Shown in pieces: positions 44,601-58,323 of a stretch of 64,000 nucleotides of DNA. The stretch's first letter is position 1; each line of letters starts with the position of its first letter. This stretch comes from the human T2T-CHM13v2.0 reference genome, Homo sapiens. The notes beneath the pieces are model-generated. The model saw only the letters and a program-made list of their open reading frames with translations. It was not told where the DNA came from and made no database searches. The stretch is from NCBI RefSeq assembly GCF_009914755.1, contig NC_060925.1; one strand, written 5' to 3'. Made by a program: the position numbers and the translations under genes.

Positions 44601-46334
44601 GCAGCAATCTACCTGGAGACAGGTTCTTAAAGAAGCATTTGCCAAACATATTAACAAGACTGAGAAAATTTCTGATGGAAGCTAATGAAATGTGGGGGAT
44701 AGTTCTGCCAATTCATCTCTTGATGTTTCCATGCGTCAAATATTTGATATTCATCCCAGTCTCATCAGCAAATTTGAAAATCACACCTTTCATATTTTCA
44801 AGCAAACTATTGACAGAATGTTACACAGAACATGTTTGAAGATAGCAATATGTTTATTATCTGATATGCAACCAGATTAATACTGATTAATTAATCAGAA
44901 ATGCTTGGATATTGTTGTTCAACTTGTTATTACACTACCAAATTTTACCTCCATACAGCCTTTGTATTTCTTCAATTCAAGCTTATCATGATACAGCTGG
45001 CAAAAGTAAAAATAAAAATAATATAGTTCTAAGATCTTCCTGTAAAATAGCTTTGGCAAAGAAAAAAATAGATTAATATGTCTTGTTTTCAGTAAATCCA
45101 TCCAGTCATTCAATGGCTATCCTACAATTTTGCCTGGAATTGACATCAATTTCCAGAGTTTACCTTTGAGTTTAGTATATTGAAAACTCCATGACAGCAG
45201 GGAACCATAATTGTCTTGTGTCCTGAGAGTCCTGCAACAGTGCCTGGCACCCCGAGGGCACTCAATAAATGTTACAATGAATGAATCTTTGGTTCAATAA
45301 ACGTACTTTTTCCATTTTTGAAAAATCAAACTGGCATTTATCTCAGTCTTTTGATTCCTCTATGATTTCTCAAGAAGTTCTCTGCCTAAGATGTGGCAAA
45401 ACGGTATCCAGTTATGGGAAGGATCAGTCTTGAATAGACCCTGGGGCAATAATAGTGGAGTCCTATCCCTGCCAACCAGTGAGTTCATAGCTCCCACATC
45501 CTGTGATCTGTAACAAATTTTGTGTCCTGAATATCTAAAGGAGCTCTTACCTTTAGCCCCTTATTCTAACACTGACCATATATGTTGGAATATGTGCTAG
45601 TATACACCTGACTACCCTTGCATCTAATTTCTTTTAACCTGAGTGATAAATAATCTAGGCATATAATTTTTCACTGGAACTAAGCCCTGGCATGAATCCC
45701 TGCTGCTAGAGGTAGTGAACTCTTCTTTTTATTGCCAACCAGAGATTAAATTTTGCTTGTAATATTCCTGTTACTAACTTTATGCAGTAATATGACCTAT
45801 CAGTTACATACTGTTGCCATGCCCTGCTCTACCAATTCACAGGGCCTCTTGGCACCACCAGAGTCTGAATGGAATTAGAATTTGCTATCTCCTTTGTATT
45901 GGGGGGCCTTCAATGTCCATCTGATTTCTCCACATGTGGGAGTAGATTTCTGGTAAGCTCTCATGTATTCTGTTTAGTTTCCGTAGCTCCTATTTTGCCA
46001 GTCTCTCTCTGGATTCCTAGCATGTCCCCTGTTCATGGGAAGAGTAGTCTCCAGAGTATAAGACATCTGTGCTAGGAGACCCAACATCATTTCAACTGTC
46101 TAGGTCTTCTCAGAATCTCTGTCATCCTGGGCTCTATTTTCCTTGTATAATTTCAGTTCTAGTCTATGTGGTTTGAAGATTAGTTTCCTTGACAGTTAAC
46201 AGAAGCAAAAACAATTGAGGAATTCTGTTTTTTTTTTTCTTTTCTATTGATATACAACATCAGTTCTTAACATGTAAAATACACTTCCGTATTTTGTGTT
46301 TTAATCTGGTTGGCATGTCACGCAAACACTGGAA

Positions 46335-46935
46335 TGGCCCAAACTAAAATACTGCCACCATATGCTGGTGACAATGTGCAGCAGCTAGAACTTAAACACT
46401 GCTGGCGGGAGTATAATAATGGTACAACCACTTTCGAAAACTGGCAGTTTCTTATAAACATGTGTCTATCCTGTTACCTAGAAATTCCTCTTCTAAATAG
46501 TTACCCAAAAGAAATAAAATCATATGCCAACAAGAAGGTTCATAGCAGCCTTATTCATAGTAGCCAAAACAGGGAAAAAACTGAATGTCTATCAACAGGA
46601 GAATAGATTAAAAACAAAAAACAACTGTGGAATAGTCATACAATAGGTTGCTATTTAGCAATAACAAAAAGAATGAATTATTGATATAAGCAACAACTGG
46701 ATAAATCTTAAAAAACATTAATGTTGAGCAAAAATCCCCATATAGTTTATTATTCCATTTATATAAAGTCCAGAAAAAGGCAGAACAAATCTAGGTGTTA
46801 AAAATCAGAACAGTAATTGCCATGGGGTTGGAGATTGCCTACAAAGGAGCACAAGGGACTCTCTAAATCTTGAGTGAGTTGTGTTATATGTGTGTTCACA
46901 TTGTCCACATTCATTGAATTGTACACTGGCAATTT
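46335..46935 (+). mobile_element. L1ME-type 3' fragment
   Basis: ggtacaaccactttcgaaaactggcagtttcttataaa...gttcatagcagccttattcatagtagccaaaac. Confidence 0.8.
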
Positions 46936-47140
46936 ATGGAATGAATGGTGACTGTGATTTACAAAAGAATAAACTGAGTTGAATAAAGGTTCCAGGAGAA
47001 TCCATGGTCAGTGTTTAACACCGGTCAAAATACTTAGATATTTTGCATATATGTATACATGCATACAAACCCCAGTGACCGAGATGGGGCAGGGGAGAGA
47101 GGGAGACAGAGAATAGGAAAAGGGAAAGTAGAAAGTGGAG

Positions 47141-47529
47141 TGCTATGGTTTGAATATGTCCCCTCCAGAATTCATGTAGAAACCTAATCCCCATTGTAAT
47201 GGTATTAAAATGTGTTACTTTTGCGAGATGATTAAGTCATGAGGGCTTTCCCCTCATCATGAATGGATTAGTGCCTTATAAAAGGGCTAGGGGCAACCAG
47301 CCTAGGCCTCTTTTTGTTTTTTTCTCCCCATCCCCTCCCAAGGATGCAACAACAAGGCGCCATCTTGGAAGCAGACAGCAGCCCTCACGAGACACCAAAC
47401 TTGCTGGTGCCTTGATCTTAGCCTTCTGCCTCCAGAACTGTAAAAAAAAAAAAAAAAAATGAATTTCTCTTCTTTACAAATTACCCAGTATGTGGTATTT
47501 TGTTATAGCAGCGTGAACAAGCTAAAACA
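47141..47529 (+). mobile_element. MaLR solo LTR (MSTD/MLT1A0-like)
   Basis: tgctatggtttgaatatgtcccctcc...gccatcttggaagcag...aaattacccagt...tttgttatagcagc. Confidence 0.88.
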
Positions 47530-49018
47530 TGAAACTGGAAAGTAGGGATAATTCTTTGGGGGAAGTTCTGCTATAAAGAGATTCCAAAAAATGGAGCATG
47601 AAGGAAAGGCAGAGGCAAAATTGGCTCAAGTTTTTATAAAGCCATGAGATATTTAAGCATTTTTGTACCATGAGGATTATTCAGAAAAGAAGGAACGTAT
47701 GAAGATGCAGGAAAAAGAGGGCACACATGTGGAAGTGATGTCTTTGTGAAGGTGAGAAGGGGAGAATCCAGTGTACAAAAAAGGGCTCTTCTGAGAGGCC
47801 CTTGAACAACCAGCCTGTTTCTTTAAAACACCCCAAATTCAAAGAGATGGTGTGCTTAAAATGTTTATTGCGGTATATATTCAGTTAAGAAACTAATTAT
47901 TATTGGCAGCTGCTCTTCCTTTCTCTTTCCCTTGATTACACAAATTACATCCCATGGGTGATTGCACAACAACTTACACTCCAAGCACGCACAGAAAGCA
48001 AACTTTGTACTAGGGAAGGATGATGAATGTGCATTAAGGGATTGTCACAAAAGATTTTAGAAACTGATAACTTTAATAGTTATTCTCAAAAGAAAAGTAC
48101 AGCAAAAAGTGGAAATGTAAAAAACTTCTTGGTCCAATCGAGGTTCAGGGCTGAGTAAAAGTTACAGTAGACTAACTGTTAATCATCCTTTCCTCATTTT
48201 GAACTGATTGAAAGCTCCAACTCTTACATAAGTGCTACAAATATCCTAAACTGCCTGTGATTTTCCTAAGCCTCACTGGTTTAGAATTAATATCACTAAA
48301 GCTCCATTCTCACCACATACAGGACTATCTCACAAAAAAAGCCTGTGTTCACCATCGACAAATACCCACAGCTTGAGATTAATAGTCAGGATTTAGGAGG
48401 GCAGGAACCTTCCATAAAAACCACATGTGAAGGCCAAAGTGGATTTTTAATATTGGGGACAACAAGCATTAACTAATTTTTCCTACTGGAGTGCACTGTC
48501 CTTTAGTCTCTATTTTTGCTCCTAATTGTTCCTGCAGGTAGTAGGTTAACATGTAACGTACTTACAGAAGGAAGCAATTGAACATGGCATAGATACTGAA
48601 AGAAAGGGCTCAATAAAAGAGCAGCATGTGCTCTAATCTGGCCTTTTACAACATCCACTATCAAAGAGCTTTGGGGGTTTAAGGGGATTAGATACCATAA
48701 CCCATCTGTCAGGTCATTATGGAAGGAAACACTCCTGCTGTTTTCAAGGGAAGATGCCCTACTGTATATTATTATCATTAAGCATTTACAGAGTACTGTA
48801 GGCTTGCAAAGCACTTTGAAAGCATTTTTATTTGTTGTTCCTCATAAAATGCTGTCAACTCTAAGAATTATCTACAAATGAAGAAACTGAGGTTCAGGAA
48901 GATGGTGACAAATGTTTCAGTCACCCAGGGAGTGGCAGGAGCTATGAGGAGTACTTGGATCCTTCAGAAGAGGGAATACCTTCTATCTCCTACCTAAAAA
49001 CATGCCAAAGGTGTGTGC

Positions 49019-49020
<2 letters not shown>

Positions 49021-49060
<40 letters not shown>
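49021..49060 (+). repeat. (GT)20 microsatellite
   Basis: Directly visible. Confidence 0.99.
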
Positions 49061-49062
<2 letters not shown>

Positions 49063-49829
49063 GGCCTAAACCAATTCTCTTGGGTTTTCCTGCAATCTTA
49101 TACATTATTCCATAACGAGCACTTATGAGTTATTTTCTGTAGACACAGGATGTATCTTAACAGCAGTCGTACGTCATGATTGACACCGTTCCATATGGGA
49201 GGAGAAGCAGGATGCATTCAAGCATGTGGATGTGTAAAGATGGACTGACATATCGCAGCTATCATTTACAAAACTGGAGATCCCAAATCTAAAGCATAAT
49301 GAGGCAAAAATGAAATACTACATGCCCATTCATCCGTGTTGCTTGTAATTTGCTAGAAATAATTTAACATTCCAGTAAATTCTAAGCAAGTGACTTAGTA
49401 TACAGGGCAAAAGATAAAGATGTCTACTGGAAAACAGCAAAGCTATCTAATATGGGCTCCCAGGAGGGGAGCTCTAACACTCACAATAACATGGCTGCAG
49501 TTACCTGATATCGTTTCTTTTTCTGAGATTCTCCCTTCTATTTAGAACAGAATTATGGGAGTTATTTTTGTGAGTCTTACAATTGAGGGGATTATCATTT
49601 TCTTTTAAAAGGGAATTAATCTCCATTAAAATAAGGAACAAATAGCACTGATACATTTAGACATTAAAGGGAGACATTGCCTCAATTGTTTAAATATACT
49701 GATCAAACTGGATGACTTAATTAAATGGCTATGTTTTGTATCTTTTAAAGTTGTTGTGTCTTGAAGAAAATGGAGAAAAACCATTTTTCATACTATTTTT
49801 TAATCATGAGTTGGTAAAAATGATTACTG

Positions 49830-50290
49830 ATATTCACTTATTTATTCTATACTGAGCATCATCTATATGCTAGACACAATCTCTTTCCCAAGGAGTTCAC
49901 AGCCTGATAAAAGAGATAAGATATATTCACATATAACTATATTACAATATATGGGGTGATGGTTCCATAGCGAATTATAGGTAAATTACCCTGGAGCTTG
50001 AGGGAAGGTCCAGTGCTTGAGAGGATTATCATCTCATTCACGGAAGCTGGGGTCAGGTAAGAAAGGAGGGGGAACATGGGAAGGCTTTACAGGACAGATT
50101 TCAACCAAGGTGCTTCTCCAAGGTTGTGTAGGGATTGGGCAAACAGGAAAGGAGAAAATGAGACATTCCTGGTAAAGGCACAGGGGCAAAGAAGCAGCTG
50201 GTAGGGGAGCTCAAACAGTATCTGGTAGTAGTTCACAGTTACTACATGCTTAAGCTAAGTCATACATAACTAGATGTAAAATGAAGGAGG
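49830..50290 (-). mobile_element. L2 LINE fragment
   Basis: ttcacttatttattc...actgagcatcatctatatgctagacac...caaggagttcacagcctg. Confidence 0.55.
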
Positions 50291-51556
50291 AGAGAAGGCG
50301 AAAGCAGACCAATTCGTGCCATGGTTCCCAAATCTGGCTAATCCAAGAGATCCTGAATCCTGGAGATTCTGGTTTTGGCTTCATAGATTCAAAGCCCTTC
50401 TACCCTAGCCTGTGAATCTATGTAGCTGTAATTATCCAGCTACTTGCAATCCTCTGTCATTCAACTTATCACTTCATTTCATACCCAGTGCCCTACCTCT
50501 GGTCCTTCTTATCTCTCACCTGGATGATTGCAGTAGCTTCCTGCCTTGCTTTCTTATTACTGCTAGAATCATGTTTCTATAATAAAATGTATTTCTTCAC
50601 TGCCCTACTTCAAAGCCATTAATGGCTCCATGTTGCATAACAAAGTACATGGTATACTAGGTTAGTCAAAATCTGGGCAAAACCTACCATTCCCCCGGCA
50701 CAAATGCACACATACACGCATACTCTCTAAACATTCCCTAAAACCCATTCAGCCTCCGTCGGGATGCTTTGTGCTCCTCTTGTCTCCCAGCAGAAATATT
50801 AATAACATTTAGCATTTCATTCCTGGGAATCCATCCTAAGGAAATAATCTAAAATGTTAAAATATCTCTCTTTAGCCTCATCTCTTGTGATTTCCCACCT
50901 CACTCTAGCTCCAGTTGTAAGAAAGTACTGGGCGTTCTCATTGCCTCTGGGCCCCTTTGCAAAGGGTGTTCCCTCTGCCTGATGGCTTCCTGCTGGTAGA
51001 TTTTTTCCTTCTTGCTTTTTTTTTCTGTATTTCAGCCTTAAAAGTATCAGTTAAAACATCCGTACTCTGTTGAATCTTCTCCATTCTGCTAAGCATTTAG
51101 CTATTCCCTTCACCAGTTTTCCACAGCACCTTGAACACATCTCCACTATCACGCTAATCACATTGAATTATAATGGCTTAGAAGTCCATCCCTCTCTAAA
51201 CCACAAGAGCCAGGAGAACAAGAAGCATTTCTTGTCTATCCCCGTGCTTTATCGCTAGCATTGAGCCCTCCAACATTTGTGAACAGTTCAAATGAAAATT
51301 ATGAAAGCTTCAACCAGGAGTGTTTGGAAGTCTATAGCAGAGGTAGAATTTATAGGGATTGTTAAACGTGTATGGAATAACGAAGAGAGGTGTCAAAGGC
51401 AAGGTCAAGCCCAGGTGGTGGTGAGGATGATCTTGACAAAAGAAATCAGACAACGCAGGATGAGAAAGTGGTTTAAAAAAGAACATTGACAAATTCAGCC
51501 TGGGACTTGAAAAAAACAAGGCAAAAAAGACCTCCGAGTTCTAGGTATGGAAGAAC

Positions 51557-52507
51557 CATGGCCTGTTCATTCACTCTCTCTCTATCTCCTTTATCATCTC
51601 CCTCTGGCTTTCCTAGAGTTGGAGGAGTGGGGAAGGAGTGTCTAGAGAAAGAGATGAAATATTTTCACACAGACAGCGCTCCTTATAGTTCTCTATTGAC
51701 TATTCCTGGCCTCTTACACGCCATCTGTAGGTCCAAATGTTAACTTTTTTGCAGGGTCTATTTGTGGGTATTTCACAGCCTTCTCAGCTTCCATGAGATG
51801 TATGGATCAGCTCATTCATCCCTCCTATAGGCTAGGAAGTCTGGATATTTCCAGCTTTACCTATGATTCTTCTTCCTTTAGCTCTTATGCTATTGAGATG
51901 CAGTGTGGGTAGCTGTTAGTCACTGTATGACTACATAAGAATCAATAGAAGTGTAACCAGTTTATTGAAAGGGCTGAACATAATGAGTACAAACAGGAAG
52001 CAGCTGTATTTCCCTCTTACCACTGCCTTTCAATATGTCAGATTCCCCTTGCCTATATACCTTAATGATATTTCAGGCAGCTCCCATAGCTTTCCAGTCA
52101 TTTTAAACAACAACAACAACAACAAAAAGCAGTCTCATTTCAGTAATTATGAGTCATTTCTAGGTAGTAAAAGGCTCTGGTAAATTTTGACATTCTAATC
52201 GCATATCTCATTCAAAGCTTCTCCCCTCTCCCTAAGACAAGCTCAGTCCCCACCTGATTCCAAGCTCCTGCAGTGGAGAGGCTGGGCATGGTCTGTTCTT
52301 TTACTCTCTCTGTGTCTCCTTCACCATCTCCCTCTGGCTTTCCTAGTCAGACCAGAAGGGAAGAAGATTCTAGAGAAAGAGACAAAATATTTTCACTTAG
52401 ACAGTGCTCCTTATATTTCTCTATTGACTATTCTTGGCCTCTTACACGGCATCTGTAAATCCAAATGTTAATTTTTTGCAGGGTCTATTTGTGGGTACTT
52501 CACAGCC
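51557..52507 (+). repeat. Local direct repeat, two ~220-bp copies (51557-51780; 52287-52507)
   Basis: Shared blocks such as catctccctctggctttcctag, ttctctattgactatt, ttttttgcagggtctatttgtgggta. Confidence 0.95.
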
Positions 52508-52586
52508 CCTAACTCCCTGATGTGGGCACTCTCTGGCTAACCTCCTGTGATCCGCATATTCTCTCTCTCTCACTTGCACGTGCACT

Positions 52587-52602
52587 TGCGCGCGCGCGCG
52601 CG

Positions 52603-52652
<50 letters not shown>
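52587..52652. repeat. (CG)11(CA)20 compound alternating purine-pyrimidine tract
   Basis: Directly visible. Confidence 0.98.
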
Positions 52653-52654
<2 letters not shown>

Positions 52655-55291
52655 TCCTATCAAGGCGGCTGGAGCCTGGTTACTTCCAACACTTGCTCCA
52701 TGGAAACTATGTATCTGTGTGACGCTACATGATGGGAGGATGGGCTTGTCTAACTGCTGCCCCTTCTCCCAGCACAGGTGGCTCCATAAGCCCCATAAAA
52801 TCTTGATGAGTTTCCCAACACTCAATAATGAACGGCCTTTTCTTTGTCTAGGAAAGATCAGCCTTGTTAAAATAGAATGAAAAGAGAGGAAAATGAAACA
52901 GTCAGTGCTCAGTTCTGAGTTTTAAAGTACATTTATGAAACTGATAGCAGAGACAAAAGTGTGAAAGCAAAAGCTTTTACTTGCAAGAACTAGGTTATTT
53001 TGCAAGAAAGAATTGTTTTGTTGTTTTTTTAATTTAAAAAGTGTGGTTTGGAGAATTAAGCAAGGAATAAAAAGGCAGAGCACTGAAGGAGCTCGGGGCA
53101 TAAGGTTTATGCCATAAACACTAATGAGAAAGCCCAAAAGAGAGCCAGGCTACTGCACTCCAGCAGAGATAAAGATTAAGAGGACTGGAAGAGGGAAAAG
53201 ACAGTAATGGAGGAGAATGTGATGAGGGTGGGAAGTCAGCGAGGCCCTTGCTGGGGACCCACGCCTGGAAGAAAAACATGGTATACCCAGAAACTGCCCA
53301 GCCTTTGCCAGAGCAAAAGCTATATGTCAGCATCAAGCACCAGAGTGGCTCAGGGAACTATCTCATTGTCCAAAGTCCATTCTGAGAGCAGCCAATGAAC
53401 CACTGCATATGACTTGTGCTGAGAAATTACATCAGCTTTACTTTTCATCACCATCCAGGGAGAACTTACTATCCACTGCAGTCTACTTACCACTTGGTAT
53501 AAGCTCCAACTGAATCACCATTTGTGAACAATCCACCCTTTCTCCCTGACCCTTTAGTGGCTCAGAACACGTGAAAGTTCCCAACAGTGCCCTGGAATCT
53601 TAGCATGGTAGTATTACTGTGGGAAGAGAGGTCCCCAGCTCCTAGCTCCTATACATGTGTTGCACTATATAGATTGCTCTCGCCCAATACCTTTAGCAGC
53701 CCCCATGCCAAAACACTACCATTATATACTGGTTTTCTTAGGATAAGGTCCAAACATACCATAAAACAACCCAAGACTTACCTAGAAGACAAGCATGACA
53801 ACAATAATAGAAATAAAACCTGGCAATTTGAAAAATGCAGAATAAGGCAAAGCAAGTTTCTATTCTACTTACGAGTAGATACAAGTTAATCATACCAGTC
53901 ACCTAACCCTTTCCTCAACTTGAACATGTGGGAAAATGGGCTTTCCAGCGTAGCTGGGCTTTAAACCAATTTCTTCCTTAGCATCATATATTAAAAGCAG
54001 TATAACAATAATACTTTGCTGTCTTCCAGAAACTTAATTATGTAAAATAGGTCCCTTGCCTTATCCAAAGAAAACCAAGGAGAATATGTGGAAGAGATAT
54101 GGCTATGAGGAATACCAAAGTCAAATAAACATGAGTATTTAGAGATGCTATATATTGAATTTGGTAACATTGAATTTTCAAAATTAAATACCTAAAATTT
54201 ACCAGAAAACATCCATAGTGCATTTTCCATTTTCCTAGATATTCACAGGCAAGCATTTCAGTCAGCCTTAGAGAAATTTTCCAGAAAGTCCTAAAATGTG
54301 TTTGTATTGACCATTTCAGAACCTGTCAATGCTGACCTCAACAATTCCAAGTCACAACTCCTCCCTCCTATTGCTTTCCATATCAAGAGGCAGCATGGGT
54401 AGAAAACCTTAATGTTCAGTTAATTTATTACAGTCCTTGGAGGAGTGACTACAAACAGTTCACATACTCTATTCATGCCTATAGCTGCAAAGTACCTTTG
54501 TCGGCTACAAGGTATTACTCAATAAAACACTGTTTTCTCTGATTTTCAACATTTTAATAAATATTTACTAAAAATCTACTTTGGTGTGCTAGGAGTTGAA
54601 GATACAAAGATAAATGAGAAATAATCCTTGCCTTTAGGGAGTTCAAAATCTCTTTTATTTAGTGTGTTTATATGGTGGCTTATTCTTTTTTTTCTATTCA
54701 ATTTATCTAGATAAATGGGGCGTGTATGTTGAACTTTGTATTCATACTCTATGTTGCTGTGTCGCTGTGTTTGAGGGCAAATCCCATTCTCTCTTCCTCT
54801 CTTTGTAGCTCTCCATATGAATGCCAGAAGTCTATTTCTTTTTCTGATTATCTCCCTCCCTTTACTTCAAACTTACTCCCTTCATTCTCTCTTCTTTAAA
54901 GAGTTAAGTGGGAATATATTTTATTTGTTAGAGTTGTTAGATTTTTGTGTTCCCCGATCTTAAATTTTAATTTTTGCACTTCAAATTTTTCCATATTATT
55001 TACTTATGTAGCCCTTATGTAGTTTTTTTCCATGTACATGTCAGTAGAACTTGACAGAAAAACAAGTTCTCAATCTCCTGAACTAACTACTCGCAGGTAA
55101 GATATATAAGATACATATACATAAACTCACACATAATGGAAGGATAATTATATTCATCACTCACTTTTACTCATTGATATCAAAAGTCTCATTATGATTT
55201 TCATTAGGATTTGACTTGATTTCTTTTATGCTCATAGTATGTGGGCCGGGAAAATACAATTTAAGAGCAATAATAAACAGAGAAATAGGAG

Positions 55292-55644
<353 letters not shown>

Positions 55645-56859
55645 TTATAAGCAAGAAGAAAAATTCTGTGATACCTAGAATACCACATGTCAACAAACTT
55701 GGCTCAGTCAACATTTTACTTTATTTCATAATCCCATATAATTAACTCCCCAGTGTAAAATAAAAATCAAGTTTTACAAATATATTAATCACACCCTTTT
55801 CTAAAGCACTACTATTCTAAAATCAGTTGGATTATTTACTTTATTCATTCTTATTTTGGGGCTTTTTATTATTAAGCCTTAGCCTTTGTCAAACTTAGCT
55901 CAAAGTACTGAGTGATAAATATTATCAACTGATTTTTCCTGAAATCTTTGCCTCCTTCCAATCTACTTCATGAAATTTATGAATCCACAGCTGTAGATTG
56001 CTACAGCTCCCTGTCTCTAACCTGCACAACATGTCTGAGTTCTCTCTGTGGGACCTATGATCCTTTGTTCTGACGGCTGCCTTCTCTCTATGCTATGTGG
56101 TCGGAGAAAGTTTTGAAGATCTTTTGGTCGCGTTTCTGCATTTGGAGCTTAAATTGAAAGTCAACTGCACCACTTGCACTGCTACCCAGAGCATCTGTGT
56201 AGCTCAAACATCCCCTGCCCTCTGCGAATCCCCATAACAGTCCTTACTGACTTCAGGCTCAACTCTCACAGTGGGCCATGAGTAATTTAGTTCGGTTGAA
56301 ACTTAGGCAATATATACTCTGTGCTAGACAATCTGATAGGTGTCTGGAGACACAAAATGGAAAGACAGGAACCTTCTTTTGATTAAGTAGTGCACAATTT
56401 CATAAGAGGGCAAAACGTGAATAATCACAAGAAAGTTTTAATGCAACATTAGAAATCAGGATTATATAGCCTTGACATAAAAGACTGAGGTACTTTTTAA
56501 TGGGGACAGTAGTGGCAGGTGGGGACTTTTGACAGATTTCAGGTCAGAGGAATAGTATTTCACAAAAGGAAAAGCAAGGAAATAAACAGTAGAGCTTCTT
56601 CTGAGAGTCTGCATGGGGTATACGGAGTACATGCTATGGATAAGTAAAGAGCGGCTCAAAGAGTTTATGTAAAAGGCTGAAGACAGCAGCACTAGTATTC
56701 GAAGCAGAATTAGTACATAGGTCTATCTGACTCCAGAATTCATGTTCTCTACATTACTGCCTCAGAATAGACGTCATTTACTGTCTGTGTTATACAGACA
56801 GTATGTGATGCTTGCTTAATTCCTTGTTTGGTACCTGTGCTTCCCATATGTTCAATCTA

Positions 56860-58095
56860 ATTTAAACTGGCTTCCTTCCCACTCATTGAAACTGCCCTTA
56901 TGAAGGTGACACACAGCCTCATGTTGACTAATCCACCTCTCTTATCTTACCCAACTTCTACATAGCTTTCAACTCCTTGCAACAATTTCTCCCTTCATCC
57001 CTGTGAATCCACAAACCCCTGACCTCTGACCTCTGACCTCAGTGGCTGTTCTTTTTCAGTCTCCCTACTACCTTCTCATCCCTTCACCACCTCCAGCACA
57101 GAAATACCTAGTCATGGCTGTGCATCTTTCTTCTCTCTACTTCCCCCCCGCCCCCCCCAAATTAGCTCATTTCAACATCATGGTCTTAAATGTCTCTAAC
57201 CTTGAATATCCAAATGGCAGAGGAGTGGCTAAAAATGTAAACTCTGGATCCAGGCTTCCTGGATTCTAATCCCCAATCCACTGATTATAAACACTTAAGT
57301 TAGGTGCTTAACCCCTCTGTGCCTCAGATCTCTTACCTAAAAATGGAAAAGACAATGGTAGCTATCTTTATACACAGCTACCTTCCCTACAGCTTCACTT
57401 AGATATCAAATTTAATGTGTCCTAAACTGAATTCTGTATTCTCATCCCTTCATAAGCCTGTTCCTCCCCACGTAAATAAATATCATCATAAACTCAGATA
57501 CTCAAGTCAAAACATTTAAGCACATCCTCTAGTCTTTCCCTTTATTGACTCCCAACAGCAGCAAGTCTCAACTGCTGATACGTATGTATCCTCCAAAATA
57601 TGTTTCAAACCTCTCCAGTTTTCTTCATCTCCTCTTTCCCACTCTAACCCTAATACCATCATCTCTTACTTAGACAACTTTAGTGGCCAACAAACTGACC
57701 TTATATTCACACTTGCCACCCTACAATCTATTTTCCATATAGAAGTAAGAATTATCTTCTTCAAGGGAATAGCAGATCACATCTCTCCTCTGCTAAAAAC
57801 CTTCCAGTGGCTTCCCACTGAACTTAACATCCAGACTCTACACCATGACCTAAAACGCCCCATGTAAATAGCTCCTTCCTTTCCATCCTCTCTGTACCAC
57901 CCTCCCTGACTCCTCACACAGCAGTCACAATGGCCAATTTCTGTTCCTTAAACATGCCATCTTGTGTCACTCCAGGACTCTTGAGCTTCCATGGAATGTT
58001 CTTCCACTGGCAAAGATATATTTGATTGCTAGTACTTACAGAAGCGCCTGGCACATAGTATGTGCTCAGTATGTATCTGTTTAACAAATTGATGG
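56860..58095 (+). mobile_element. L2 LINE fragment with MIR inserted at ~57215-57365
   Basis: ctgctaaaaaccttccagtggcttcccactgaactta...gcctggcacatagtatgtgctcagta. Confidence 0.75.
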
Positions 58096-58284
58096 ATTTA
58101 CAGTTCTTTAAAGTTAAGATTTCATTCATTTAATTTCTATTTTAAATTACTAGGGGTGCTCTCTGTGTAAAGGAACCCTGAAGTGAAATATTTTTAAATG
58201 TGTAGAATCATTCTTAAGTTACAATTTTAAAAATAGGATTTTTGCCATTTTTATATAGGCAATTGTAATTGGCTCCTTATATAG

Positions 58285-58323
58285 GATAGATAGATAGATA
58301 GATGATAGATAGATAGATAGATA
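58285..58323 (+). repeat. (GATA)n microsatellite
   Basis: Directly visible, one GAT interruption. Confidence 0.97.

Noticed and set aside
52442-52825. ORFs with CVCV/ARAR/HTHT runs
   Set aside because: Translations of the (CG)n(CA)n tract
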